Below the pieces are notes generated by a model. That model ran no database searches. It was given only the letters and a program-made list of their open reading frames with translations, and had not been told where the DNA came from. Below, piece by piece: positions 25,283 to 39,605 of a stretch of DNA of 64,000 nt (the first letter of the stretch is position 1; each line of letters opens with the position of its first letter). Position numbers and translations under genes: made by a program. Source of the stretch: Eledone cirrhosa (taxonomy: Eukaryota); NCBI GenBank assembly GCA_964016885.1, contig OZ024742.1, positions 318,494,001-318,558,000 of the forward strand, written 5' to 3'.

Positions 25283-28200
25283 TCATCATAATCATCGTCA
25301 TCGTTCTAACATCCATCTTCCACGCTAGCATATATATATATATATATATGTAATTGAAACCAGTACAAGAGTAAAACAGTTCTCATTACAATAAACAGGA
25401 AGAGCGATTAGAGTGTCATACAAAATGCCTTGAAGTATTTAATTCTTAGTTCAAATCCTGCTGAGGTCAACTTTGTCCTCAGTCAATAAAATAAAGTACT
25501 ATGTAAGTACTGAAGGAGATTTGAGTGGTTATATCCTCTTTCCTCAAAACTATGTACCTGTGTACCAATGTTATAAATCAATGTTTTGACTATAACAACC
25601 ATTAATCATGCTCTAGGATGATTATACCAAAGGTTTGTGTATACAATAGGCTTGCTTCTTATTTAGTTTTAAATAATGTAGTTTTTATCATACATGATTG
25701 GAAAACGTTTGAATATTCAAAAAACCTGTAAAATTCTCAATCTCCTGTTCCACATGAAACTGTATCACCTAATGTAATGGAGAAAACTTTAACCCTTATC
25801 ATAATTGTACTTTTCTTGAGTTTTCTTAGCCCCCAAAGAACCTGGTGTTACAACTCCTCCAAAATATCAATATACATAGGGATTTTCAATGAAGGGTCTT
25901 CCAGATATTTAGTTTTTTAATAACATGTAGTGTGGGAGGGTGGATACCAATTAATATGTGGGCCCACTTTATACAAATCCTGATGCAACACATAAATCGT
26001 TATTTACTGTCCACTTTCCCTGCTAGTTAGTGTTGGACTGATCTTCACAGACAGTCAGTACAGAAGTGAGGCCAGGAGTTCATATCTTGCTTACATACAA
26101 TTCCACATGCTACAAAATGTATTTTATCATGGCACCAGCACTAAAGAGATTGTCGTGTTTTTTACACATTTCGAGGGTCTTATCAACTTTTTCTTTGGCA
26201 AGCTTTCAGTGGCTGGGGGCCCTTTCTATCATCAACAACTGTACTGGGTGCGTTTATTGTGTTGATCACCTACATTAGGGAGGTTGAGATGCCCTTGACA
26301 CAACTAAAATGTTCTCCCAATAAAGATGTTGCCTAGATATAATTAACAATATCTGATCATCTAATACCTTCTTCTCTTTAGTGTTTACTTTTTTAAAATT
26401 CTGCTTTTCCTCTCATTCACACTCACACTATCTATTCATCCATTTTCTCTCTTTATCGCTCTCTTTTTTTCTCTCTCTCTCTCTCTATACATTTTTTTGG
26501 TTCACCCTGTATATATATATATATATATACATACACAGGGTGAACCAAAAAAATGTATACACACTTCAACTGCATTCTAATAAATATGCGTATATATTTG
26601 GGGAGGACACCCTGTATATACATATAGGCAAAATATATATATATATTGCTTTCTCTAAACTTATGTTTATTTTTACTTGAGTTTATATCATATTTTGTGA
26701 AAAACCATGCTGTTGTTGAGTGCTGGTTCTCAACAGGTTAGTTTAAGAATCCATTAACCAAGTACACATCCTTTCATTTTTTGTCACCTGAAGGGTCGCA
26801 CATAACAAGAAGCCTATTTACTGTTAAAATTAGTGGCATTACTATCTTTCATGTTCCAAACATAACAAGATGGGGTGATAACATTTTTATTATCTTTATT
26901 CTGGAAAAAGGAAGTATGTTTCATGTGGTTTTTAAAGTTACCCTGTCATGCCAGTGCAATGTTCGATTATAAATATTCCTCTGGAAGAAACGCTGGCTTT
27001 ATAAATGACTGAATTAGTTTACAGTAAATGTTATGTGGGCAGTTAAATGTTTTCTAATTTTGTTGGATAATTGTGGTTATCTTAATATAAATCTGATTTT
27101 AACATTTAATTTACTTTTTTTCCGATGTGTTATTATTATCCCAAGCTGCTTCATTCAAAGTCGTTTTATTTGACAATAAATCGGAAATTTTTTGCTTATA
27201 TTACCAACTAGATTTTAAATTACAAAGGAGGAATAGTTAGAATTGTTATTGAAATACATGATGTTTTAATTCAGCTTTCTATGGAGTCAGGAACTCCCTA
27301 AAACTGGGTTTGTAGATACAGCTAAAAATTTGACTATCCAGGCTGTTATGGGTTAAATGGGGCATCACAGTTTGATTCAGTTCTTATTCAGAGTTACTGC
27401 CTTCCTCGACAGGTTGAATACCATGTGATACTTTTGTGTTCCAAATTTGGTATGGTTTCTACAGATGGATTCCCTTCCTAACACTACTCCCTTTACAGAG
27501 TGTACTGGGTGCATTTTATCATGGTATCAACATTCAAGAGGTCGTTGTGTCCTCAAAAAGGCTAAAGAGTCCTTTCTGTCCTGTGTTGTAACCATGCAAT
27601 GGTCAACCCTTTTACGGAGTGAACTGGGTACATTTTATCACTTTTTTCACCAACTCTAGAGAGGTTATCTTGTCCTCAACACTACTTTCAAAGACATCAA
27701 CTTTGCTTTTTATCTTTTCAGGTTAAATATATAAAATTCATGTGAGGTGGGGGGAAGAATTTTAGGGCTCTGAGTAGGCTGCTTTATTGTATCTGTTCTG
27801 GCTCTTTGCATTCTGAGTTTAAATTCTGCTCCCTATCCAACCGGCACTTAACCAGTAAGGACAGGTAGGGTTAAAACCAAATTAGTTGCTAAGGCTTCAT
27901 CTTGTAGTGGATTTATGAGAAATGGATGCAAAACTTCAAATTTCATTAAAATTTTCACTGTAAAAACTTAAAATTCAACAGAAAATATGTCTTCATTGAT
28001 CAACAACCATATTTTTTCTTGAAAACATTAAATACATTCTTTTGAAGAACTATGTAAAGTTCATATAACTTTATTTTGATTTCACAGCTGCTTTTTGTAT
28101 GTTTGTATGGATTGGACAAATCTCCAACAATACCTCATCTCTTGTGCGCAACCTTGTTACTTCGTTCACGTGGTTCAACATCATTTGATCAGCCTTCACC

Positions 28201-30435
28201 ACATGAGCCCCTACATAGTCACTCGACTTGCTAGAAATAGCAATCATATTGCGCTGTCTTAGAAAACGGTACATTGGATAATGTGGTCCTGCATTACCTA
28301 CATATAGGAAAAAAAGACAGGATGGTCTTGGCTAGAATGTCATTGATCATAGGACTGCTTAATCAGAGCTGACCGAGCATTAAACAATGTGTCTTCTTTG
28401 GTCTTCCTTTTCTGATCTTCTTCCACTTGAATTGCTTGGCATATCTTCACCCTACTATCATGCTTCATACACATCATGCCTGTACCAGCTCTCTTCACTC
28501 TTGCATGCTCCTGTTGATTTCTCTGATGCCCAGTTTTCTCTCAGTTATTGGTTATTAAATAACTTTTAATGTAATCTATTTTTGCTGTTGTTAATTGTTG
28601 TTCAACCCCCTCAATCAGTTCTGATTGAGCAGTCCTATTATAAAAAGTATTCTAGCCATAACTATCATATCTTTCTGTCAGGAATACTATACCTCAGACT
28701 ACATTATCTAATGTGGCCTTTTTTATAAGTAATGGAGTATGAGGGAGATTTGGTTGTTTTTTCTAGCAAGTAAAGCAAGCAAGTAGAAACTCCTTTGTCT
28801 ACTTTTGCTGTAACGCATGTTAAAGATGATGATGATGATGACATATATCAACTCACTATGTGTACCTGGTTTAAAATAGGTACACCCAATCCCTGCACAT
28901 CTTAAGAGGTGACTGAAAACTTTGGTGCCAAAAAGGATATTAGGCTGTAAAACATTACCCCAAAAAGAACTTTTGATGAGTATGAAGTCTATCATGAGAA
29001 AATGGCCTGAAAATTGTTTTTGTTGTTGTTGTGTGTTTGTGTGAAAGTCCATGTCTTAGTGGTTAGAGAATTGGATTCAAAATCGTGAGATTGTGAGTTC
29101 AATTCTCTGACTGGGTGATGCTTTATGTCTTTGAGCAAGACATTTTCTTTATTGTTGCTCTTTTGGTCAGGAGTTGCAACTGTTAGATAGTACCAGCAAT
29201 GGAAAAACCAATAGAACCATTGTTTCCTTGGTCCGATTTGACAAGTTCCATTCGGTAAGCAAATGAGGTCTGGGAACTTGTTGATCGATTTGATCAATAT
29301 ATATGTATGTATATCTATTAAGCTTGATATGATTACATTGTTAACTTTATACCTCTTTCCTCCAAGAAAAAGATGTTTCACACTAAAGAAAGAAATTATT
29401 ATAAGAAATTTCTATTTTATTTTTGATTTGTTTTTTACAAATTTTCAACTGAGAAAATTTAAATTATGTGAAAAAAGAAAATACAAGACTTGTGTGAGAA
29501 AGGTTAAATAGCTTTGACTCTTTTGGTGGAAAGAGCAAAGCAATTATTTCCATAAGAAAAATCAAGACATTTGATTCCCAAGAGAAATAACAAAAGTATG
29601 AATTGGAAAATGTGGATTGCAAAGTGGTCAGTAGGGTAGCCAAGAGATCAGTGGTTCAAATTCTGATATTGCTAAAGTTGTATTTATAACTAAGGGACTT
29701 AGCACTCAATAACCAAGTTCAATGATATTACAAGATTGTAAGTAATAGTGCTTTTCATAGTTTTTGGCAAAGTTTTTCTGGTTGGATGCCCTTCATGTCA
29801 CAATCACTTTACAGTATGGACTGGGTGCATTTTATTATGCCATGAGCAGTTGTGAGGGTGTCTAACAAGACTTAAGTTTTGTTTCTACCCTGTATCAGTC
29901 TTTATTCAAAGTTACCACTTTCTTGCTTGTGACTTAAGGAACCCACACCTATCCTGTGCAGTCTTATTCATTGGAAATGACTACCCTCCTAGACATGTTG
30001 CTTTCCCTGCAGCTTATGGAGTCCATGTCCACCTAATGGCTGCTTTCCCTAGTAGAACTGCGAAATAGATGTTTTGCTGAGAGGTGAAATTCTCCTGTGG
30101 TATAGGAAAAGGCAATAAAAACAAAAAACTATTCCTGTATTATATAAACCATTATTCAGCAGAGAACTCAATTATTTGGGATAGTAAAGTGTAAATATAT
30201 TAGAGAATCTGGAATTTGATGTTGAAATGGCAAGAGCTCAGCTGTCAGGCCCTGATTCTCTAATATATATATATATATAACGAAGGAAATGTGGTAAGGA
30301 ACCAGGTGGACCATAACGCACCAAAGTACTCAATACTTAGGGTAGTAGAGTGGGTAATAGGAACGAGTAGGACCCCGATGGCTGAGCTCAAGCCGTTTCA
30401 ACGGCTAATTCAGCCGTCGGGGTCCTACTCGTTCC

Positions 30436-30470
<35 letters not shown>

Positions 30471-32210
30471 TAAACCTTTTTGAAACCTCCAAAATGGAAA
30501 ACCTTGGCAATATTCTAAACAGGGATGAATAAAATAAGTACCTGACTGAAATAAGACAGTAGAGTTGATGTGATTGATTAAAACTATTAAAAATAATTGT
30601 TTCTACTTTTGGCACAAGGCCAGCAATTACCCAGTACATTACTGGTACTTTATTTTATCGACCCCGTAAGGATGAAAGGCAAAGTTAACCTCAACGGGAT
30701 TTGAACTCAGACCATAAAGAGACGTAACTATGCTGGAAAGCATGGCGTTCGACTCTCTACCGATACTGCCGTGGCTGTAACCAGCATCCACTTGGAGAAC
30801 CTCTACAGTAAAACAATATCTTAGGAATGTATTTCAATGGTGTTTAACAAAAAGAAAAAAAATTCTTTTTACAGGTGTCTTTTTAGTGTTGTCTTTTTAG
30901 TGTATAAAATCTGAAGTGTGAAGGAGGGATATATCAAAATAATTTTCTTTTTCCTGTATACAGCTTCATGTGCTTTGCATGATGCTTGCATAATATATAA
31001 AAATATTACATATATTATAAATATATTTCATAATAGCTAAATAGCAGTGTTGTTTCTTCTTTAAGAAATAAGCATAATTAGTAGACTTTTTTTGAAAGCA
31101 GGCAGGATTGGAAATATTTTTATATTTTGCAAATCAGGTATCGTGCCGACCTTTACCTATGATTGTGAATGCAAGCATCCGAAATGAGGTTCCTCTGAAA
31201 GATCTTTGGAGTAACATTACTCAATAGAGTGTGTAGCTTAGAGATCAGAGAGTCACTCCAAGTAAGGCTGCTACCTCTCTGAATTGAGAGATTGCAGCTT
31301 CAATATCACAAACATATGGTTAGAATGTCTAAGGAAAGATTTTACAGACAAAACCAACCAGCAGAAGATCCAAGCAAAATGGTTGGATAACATCCATGAG
31401 CTTGGCTAGCCTTGCTTGGGGATCCAGCCAAATTAACTGTAGATGGTTGCTTCTGACAGAACCTACTGAGAGGAGTGCTTGAGGATTCTTCTCCCATGAC
31501 CCTCTCTGGAATAAGGGACAAAGAAGAAGAATAAAAGAATAAAACCATGATCATTAAAAGCTATGGAAACGACTGGTTTTAAAATTACTTTAATTATAAA
31601 CGTTATAAACATTTAACAAAGGATAAAATAATTACTGTGTGGAAGGGTCATTTTAGCCATTTAAAAAACACACCATAGCTGTTAGCTTTATATATAATAA
31701 TAATGAAAATTATTGTGTACAATGTTCAGGTGCACTACAACTCATCAAAGGTGCATAGAATAAGTGTTTCTACTTTTGGCACAAGGCCAACAATTACCCC
31801 AGTATATTACTAGTACTTTATTTTATCAACCCCGTAAGGATGAAAGACAAAGTTAACCTCGGCGGGATTTGAACTCGGATCATAAAGGGGCGTAACTCTA
31901 TGCTACAAAGCATGGCGTCCAAAGCTTTACCGATACTGCCAATCTACCGCAGAATAATGTACAAATGTCAGGAAAGTGAACACTGTTTGAGTCATGATAT
32001 ACCCACACACATGCATGCGTGTGTATGGAGAGGGAATATCAGGTGCAGTGTTGGCAAATTTCAGGAAAACATGGAAGTTTTGGAGGATGCAATATCCTGA
32101 CAGCTAACAACTGATGCATGTAGTTTGTTCCATGCTTCAGCAACTCTGAGTTGAAAATATGTTTCAAAAGTCATGGGAGCTGTACTGTTTCCTGATGTTG
32201 TAAGTATATA

Positions 32211-32543
32211 CAGTAGTCCCCGGTATTTGTGGGGTTTACCCATGAAGAGTGAGAACCATGAATATTGGACATGATTCATAAAAATGCCTATAAACATCAA
32301 AATATAATTTTAAAAAAACAAAAAACGAGGAGCATCTTATGCAAAGAGGCAGCAAATATGGTACATTGTTATTAAGAATTTAGTGTTAAAAATATATATA
32401 TTGCCACGAAAAAAGCCATTTAAAAAATCGTGGAAGATATTTATGATTCTGCAAATATGCGGTGGTTTCCACAAACAATTATTAGTTAGATTCTAAGGAA
32501 AATTCCGTAAATAACCGAGACTGCGAATACCAGGGCTACACTG
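32211..32543. mobile_element. pogo/Tigger-like MITE
   Basis: TA-cagtagtccccggtatttgtgg...ctgcgaataccagggctacactg-TA, imperfect TIRs. Confidence 0.55.
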
Positions 32544-32845
32544 TATATTATTTATTTCCTGGTGTCAAAATTTTCATTGCACAGTTTGCAACCTGGTCAC
32601 TGACAAAGTTCTACTGCAACTGATTTAAAATTAGTAATTAGCAAGTTTTTATCAGCTTCAGAGTTTTTTTATTGTTTGTTTGTTTTTTCTCTCCCCTTGT
32701 TCATTGTCATTCGTGTTTTTTTTATATATGTATACAGGCATTCCACACATGTATGTGCTTATGAACACACACATACATATGCCCACATACACATCAATGT
32801 ATTTTGTTTAATGTGGGTCAGTCAATCTAGTTGTCATCACATATA

Positions 32846-32946
32846 CAGGGTGTCCCAAAAACATGTATACACATTTCAACAGTATTCTAATAATTATTGC
32901 CTGTACAGGTAATCAAAGTATGTATACATTTTAGGGGGACACCCTT
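32846..32946. mobile_element. Tiny Tc1/mariner-like MITE
   Basis: cagggtgtccc-aaaa..tgtatac / gtatacatttt-agggggacaccct. A related copy lies at about 26536-26615. Confidence 0.55.
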
Positions 32947-33160
32947 TATATGACATAACATGATGTTCTGTGTGAATCTGGTCATCAAATTAAGTCACCA
33001 TATAGGAGGTCATTAATGAGAATTTCACACCATAAGGGGCTTAGTTTTATAGTCACCAGTTACAAGCAATAGTAAGTTATAGTAGATTTATCTTATTTGG
33101 TTATGTGTGGGGGAGGGTGGGTAGTATTAATAACAACCATGGCTACAGTAGTCATAGTGG

Positions 33161-35507
33161 TCATCATCATCATCTTTGTTTAACGTCCATTTTCCACACT
33201 AGCATGGGTTAGACGGGAGTTGTCCCACTTGAAGCTAGGTTGGTTGGGTGACCGTGTCTCGCTCATATAAGACTATATGGCAGGTTTTCTACGGCTGGAT
33301 GCCCTTCCTAACACCAACCACATTTACAGTGTGGAACTGGGAACTTTTTACCGTGTTACCTACACGACCACATTACAGCGTGGACTGTTTTTTCTCGTGA
33401 CACCTACATGATCTCGATCTTGATCTCATTATCTCATTTATTTGGACTGGATGTTGTGGTACCAACTTTATAGAGAGAAGTTGGTGTTGGTGGGAGTGGG
33501 AGGATAGGGTAGGGGTAGTGGATTGGGGTATATATTTGGTTAAGAGGTGCCTACTGACTGTAAGTTTCGCTTTGTACATAGGCAAGGCGGGTCTTCTGTA
33601 TTACTGCGTAGCGCCAAAGATCTCGGTCCAGTGACATTGTCTTAGAGAGGTGCAAGTGTGTAAGGTTGGAATTTATCAGATCGTCCCAGGTTTTTCTGGG
33701 TCTACCTACTCCGTAACTACCATCAATTTTGATCGCCCTGCACTTTTTTATACAGCTGTTGTCTTTCATGCGCATCACGTGGCCATACCAACGTAGTCTT
33801 CTCTCGAGTAAACAGCATCTGATCCCTCTTATTCCTAATTTCTCACTTAGTTCATTTATGCTTTGCCGTTCACGTATATTACTATTACACATCTAACAGA
33901 GCATGCATGCTTCGTTTCTTTCCAGTCTACGCAGGTCCTCTGCACATAATGCCCATGTCTCACTGTCATGTAGCATTGCTGTTCGTATACAAGCATCATA
34001 CAATCTGCCTTTCATTTTTAGAGAGAAACCTTTTGTGGCCAACAGCGGTATAAGCTCTCTGAACTTTTTCCATCCCGTTCTGACTCTGGCTACTGTACTT
34101 TCACAACATCCTCCACCACTGCTGATTTCGTCACCCAGGTTACAGAAAGTGTCTACTATTTCTATAGAACCATCTGGGCAATAGACAGGGCTAGTATCCT
34201 GTAGACACTGGCTACCTATTGCACCTGAGCATCGGCCACATATAAAGTCTACGTTCTTAGATAGTTTACCTATGATCCCACTACATCTTTTATGTACCCA
34301 TAGTTTGCATTTGGGACATAAAATTGAATTTCTGCCTACTCTTTTCCTACACACTGAGCAAGGCCATTTCCCTGAGGGTACCTGTGCCTTATTTTCCTTT
34401 CTACAATCTAGGACTTTAGTCTTAGACAAGTTAACTTTAAGACCTTTTGATTCTAGGCCATGCTTCCATGTCTGGAATTTCTTTTCTAGTTCAGCCATTG
34501 ATTCAGCTATGAGCGTTAGATCATCTGCGTATAGGAGTTCCCATGGGCAGCCAGTCTTGAACTCCTCTGTTATAGCCTGAAGGGCAATAATAAATAGGAG
34601 GGGGCTAAGGACAGAGCCTTGGTGAACAACAACTTTTACACCAAATTCTTCACAAATTCTTTGTTAATTCTAACCTTACTGACTGTTTCATTATACATAG
34701 CTTGTATAGCTCTCACAAGCCATTCATCTACACCTAGTTTTCTAAGAGCCCACCAGATAATGGAGCAGGAGACTCTGTTAAAAACTTTTTCCAGGTCTAC
34801 AAAAGCTAACTAGAGGGGTTTACTTTTAGCTAGGTACTTCTCTTGTAGTTGTCGTACAAGGAAAAGAGCGTCTGTGATACTTTTACCTGACACAAACCCA
34901 AACTGCATTTCATCTAGATCAATTCGCTCTCTGATTAGTTGCGCTATAACTCTTTCTGTGACCTTCATGACCTGGTTAACTAACTTAATGCCTCTATAGT
35001 TTCCTCTATCTAGAGCATCTCCTTTACCCTTGTAGCAGTTAATGATGATGCTGCTACGCCAGTCTTTTGGTATGACCTCATTCTGTATTACTTGGTTAAC
35101 TATACGGGTGACCACAGTATGTCCCACCATTCCAGATGCCTTCAACATCTCAGCAACTGTCTCCGAAGGCCCAGCTGCCTTGCCTGTCTTCAAGTCTTTG
35201 ATTGCCTTACTTATTATACTACCTTTAACTTGCACCGCTGGTCCTTCTATTGGATCGATTTGGGGCAGACTATCTTTTTCCCACTTATTCTCCTCATTTA
35301 ATAGTCTCTTGTAGTGACACTTCCAGGCTATCTTCTTATCAGCATCAGTGAGGGCAAGTACACTGTTATCATTACGGACACACTTCTCCCCGACAATATC
35401 ACGGTTTTCCTTGACATATTGTCTAGCAATCCTGAACACCTCACGTTTTTGGTCTTCGCGTTGTAGAACATGCTTGAACTTTCTATCCTCTGCTTCCCTT
35501 AACAGAT
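33161..35507 (-). mobile_element. RTE LINE subfamily B, 5'-truncated, disrupted; RT with PHD finger
   Basis: ORFs 34810..35514, 33893..34498 and 33551..33892 are collinear homologues of the 10584 ORF with stops. (TCA)n tail at about 33161. 5' end abuts the 14-bp satellite. Confidence 0.92.
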
Positions 35508-37833
35508 ATAACATCAGTACAACGCTACCAATACAACACTATCACTACAACACTATCACTACAACACTATCACTACAACGCTACCAATACAACACTATCA
35601 CTACAACATTATCAGTACAACACTATCACTACAACATTATCAGTACAACACTATCAATACAACACTATCACTACAACACTATCACTACAACATTATCAGT
35701 ACAACACTATCAATACAACGCTACCAATACAACACTATCACTACAACGTTATCAGTACAACACTATCACTACAACATTATCAGTACAACACTATCAATAC
35801 AACACTATCAATACAACACTATCACTACAACGTTATCAGTACAACACTATCAATACAACACTATCAATACAACACTATCACTACAACACTATCAGTACAA
35901 CACTATCAGTACAACACTATCACTACAACACTATCAGTACAATACTATCAGTACAACACTATCACTACAACTCTATCACTACAACACTATCACTACAACA
36001 CTATCACTACAACACTATCACTACAACACTATCACTACAACACTATCAGTACAACACTATCAGTACAATACTATCACTACAACACTATCACTACAACACT
36101 ATCAGTACAACACTATCAGTACAACACTATCAGTACAACACTATCAGTACAACACTATCAGTACAACACTATCAGTACAACACTATCAGTACAACACTAT
36201 CACTACAACACTATCAGTACAACACTATCAGTACAACACTATCAGTACAACACTATCACTACAACACTATCACTACAATACTATCACTACAACACTATCA
36301 CTACAACACTATCACTACAACACTATCACTACAACACTATCACTACAACACTATCAGTACAACACTATCAGTACAATACTATCACTACAACACTATCAGT
36401 ACAACACTATCACTACAACACTATCAGTACAATACTATCACTACAACACTATCAGTACAATACTATCAGTACAACACTATCACTACAATACTATCAGTAC
36501 AATACTATCAGTACAACACTATCAGTACAACACTATCACTACAATACTATCACTACAACACTATCAGTACAACACTATCACTACAAATATATTAGTACAA
36601 CACTATCACTACAACACTATCAGTACAACACTATCACTACAACACTATCACTACAACACTATCACTACAATACTATCAGTACAATACTATCAATACAACA
36701 CTATCACTACAATACTATCAGTACAACACTATCACTACAATACTATCAGTACAACACTATCACTACAATACTATCAGTACAATACTATCACTACAACACT
36801 ATCAGTACAATACTATCAGTACAACACTATCACTACAACACTATCACTACAATACTATCAGTACAATACTATCAGTACAACACTATCAGTACAACACTAT
36901 CACTACAATACTATCACTACAACACTATCAGTACAACACTATCACTACAAATATATTAGTACAACACTATCACTACAACACTATCAGTACAACACTATCA
37001 CTACAACACTATCACTACAATACTATCAGTACAATACTATCAATACAACACTATCACTACAATACTATCAGTACAACACTATCACTACAATACTATCAGT
37101 ACAACACTATCACTACAATACTATCAGTACAACACTATCACTACAATACTATCAGTACAATACTATCACTACAACACTATCACTACAACACTATCAATAC
37201 AACACTATCACTACAACACTATCAGTACAACACTATCAGTACAACACTATCACCACAACACTATCACTACAACACTATCACTACAACACTATCACTACAA
37301 CACTATCACTACAACACTATCACTACAACACTATCACTACAACACTATCACTACAACACTATCAGTACAACACTATCACTACAACACTATCACTACAATA
37401 CTATCAGTACAACACTATCAGTACAACACTATCACTACAACACTATCACTACATCACTATCAGTACAATACTATCAATACAGTCTAGTCTAAAGTCTGTC
37501 TTGAGCCAGGAGGCTCATCAGGCCGGTGCTTATCCCGGTTACGTAATGTGAAGCGACTGAGAGTACAAGCCTTCTCCCTGGATAGGATGCCAGTCCATCA
37601 CAGGGTTTAAACCCCAGTTGTTGCTGGTACTCATTTTCAGTTGAGTATACTGTAGCAACATGTAATGAAGTGTTTGGCTCAAGAACACAACACGCAACCC
37701 AGTCCAGGAATTGAACCCACAACATTATGGTCGTAAGTTCACCACCCTTACCACTGGGCCACACACTTCCACCTATCAATACAACACTATCAATATAACA
37801 CTACCAATATAACATTATCAGTATAACACTATT
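35508..37833. repeat. 14-bp minisatellite ACAACACTATCA(C/G)T, about 140 copies
   Basis: Direct inspection. It explains ORF 35348..36595, where a 14-aa period equals 3 units. Confidence 0.97.
37489..37772 (-). mobile_element. CORE-like SINE inserted into the 14-bp satellite
   Basis: Minus strand gtgtggcccagtggtaag...gggttcaattcc...gtgttcttgagc head and core; satellite units resume at about 37773. Confidence 0.75.
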
Positions 37834-38383
37834 ATTTTATTACAATCTCTAATTACTTTGTCCCAGAACATTGTTATACAGAGGGTACACTTCCTTCATA
37901 TCACCACAAAATAAATGATAAACAAAGAAAATTTAACAGTTTTATTTGTGTGTGTGCGTTTTATTTTAAAATGGCTAAAATGACTTTTCCATGCAATAAT
38001 AGTTTTAGATTCAATACAGTTTCAGATCAAGTACAACCCTAAAATATGATAAAATGTTTTTCAATAAAATAAATGTTTTTTTATTTTATTTTCTGTTATT
38101 TTTGTTCCTATGAAGGAAAATGAAAATTATATGTTTAAAATCTTTAATTTTTTCACTAAGTGAAGGGATCTTGCTTTTAAAAAAAAAAAAAGAATTAATA
38201 TAACATTGATTCATTTAAGCCCACCGCAAAAGCTGAGTTTTATTGTTTTCTTCCAAAAGATTGATAAGAAACAGAACGGGTTTAATGAGATCTGCAGGTT
38301 GGATGAAATGAAGCTGTCAACCTTTGGTTTAAAAAATGAGGAATTTTGTGATTTTAGAGGAACACTATGAATAATGCAGCTGT

Positions 38384-38597
38384 TTAACCCTTTAGCATTT
38401 ACATTACTCTATATTTACTATTGTATTTTCATGGTAAGGGCTTTATCTCACATACTCACATAATATCGCATCTATGAGATTTTGATATTATTTATTTTGA
38501 GAACTATAACTTAACATCAGTATGAGTGGCCAGTTTGAACAGGAAGAGATGAGAGAATTCTGGCTGGTTATGGCCAGTTTAAATGCTAAAGGGTTAA
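38384..38597. mobile_element. piggyBac-like MITE family 1 (representative copy)
   Basis: TTAA-CCCTTTAGCATTTA...TAAATGCTAAAGGG-TTAA. Other copies at 5206-5419, 5855-6070 and 46685-46898. Confidence 0.8.
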
Positions 38598-38770
38598 AAC
38601 AAATTTATCTGATATTTATTTTATGTATTTTTTTAGTGTATATTGTTTCATATCCTTTGTGTGCTAGTTACATAATGGTCTCACATACACACCTACATAC
38701 AGTAGATGGCCGATTGTTCCACCATCACTTCTTTCTACCATAACATGTTTCTTTATCTTACATCTAACAG

Positions 38771-38873
38771 GAATCCAAGATGTACCGTTGTGATGACAGA
38801 CCTCACAGTGTAGCTAACCTCAGTGAAAAATTCAAGAAGTCTCAATATGCTACAATAGATGAAGTCTTATCAG
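38771..38873 (+). CDS. RAB11FIP: Rab11-FIP linker exon
   Basis: catctaacag| and cag|gtaagc. Translates ESKMYRCDDRPHSVANLSEKFKKSQYATIDEVLS. Phase 0/1 provides the bridge needed between the 13582 and 43559 exons. Confidence 0.8.
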
Positions 38874-39477
38874 GTAAGCTGCTTTCTCTCTATCTCTCTC
38901 TCCCACACACATTCCCTTCTATTTTGCTCTCTATCTATCTCTCGCTCTCTCACACATAAAGACACCCAATCTTTATTTTTTCTTCATTGTAAATTCACTT
39001 TTTATCATTTTTTTTCTCTTTCTCTATAAATTGTTCCTTTTCTCCTTCAAATTGACATAATTTCATACATACATTTATATATGATGGCTGCAACTCAATT
39101 TCAAGTAATACCATCACTTGATACTTGAGCATGTGCATCATGGATGTGGCTTTTTTAGTCCTGCTAGGGACTTGCCTATGGCCAGCAATGCCATGCATCG
39201 CAAAAATGTCACATATCAAGTGATGCCTGTGCTTGAAGCTTTTTTAAGTGAGGAAAGGCTTTGCATAGAACCAATCCCAATATATATATATATATGCACA
39301 TTTACATACATACATATATATATATATATATGAAGGATTTGGACCCCAATGGCTGAGCTCCTGCCATTTCAATAGCTAAATCCCTACTCAAATCTAGCAG
39401 TTAAAATTGCAGGATCTTAGCTAGATCTGAACTCAGATCTAGATGTTGAAATGGCAGGAGCTCAGCCATCACGGACC

Positions 39478-39515
<38 letters not shown>

Positions 39516-39605
39516 TATAAATGTGTGTACACATGAATATATGTATATATATATATACATATATAGACATGAATATATGTATATATATATATACATATAT
39601 ATACA

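Noticed and set aside
35348-36595. 415-aa Thr/Tyr/His/Gln-rich ORF
   Set aside because: Translation of the 14-bp satellite plus antisense RTE sequence; no splice or domain evidence.
37500-37545. CTGATGAG on the minus strand as a hammerhead (also at about 23150 and 56761)
   Set aside because: No downstream GAAA with stem III and NUH in the right order; these are parts of SINE or CR1 tails.
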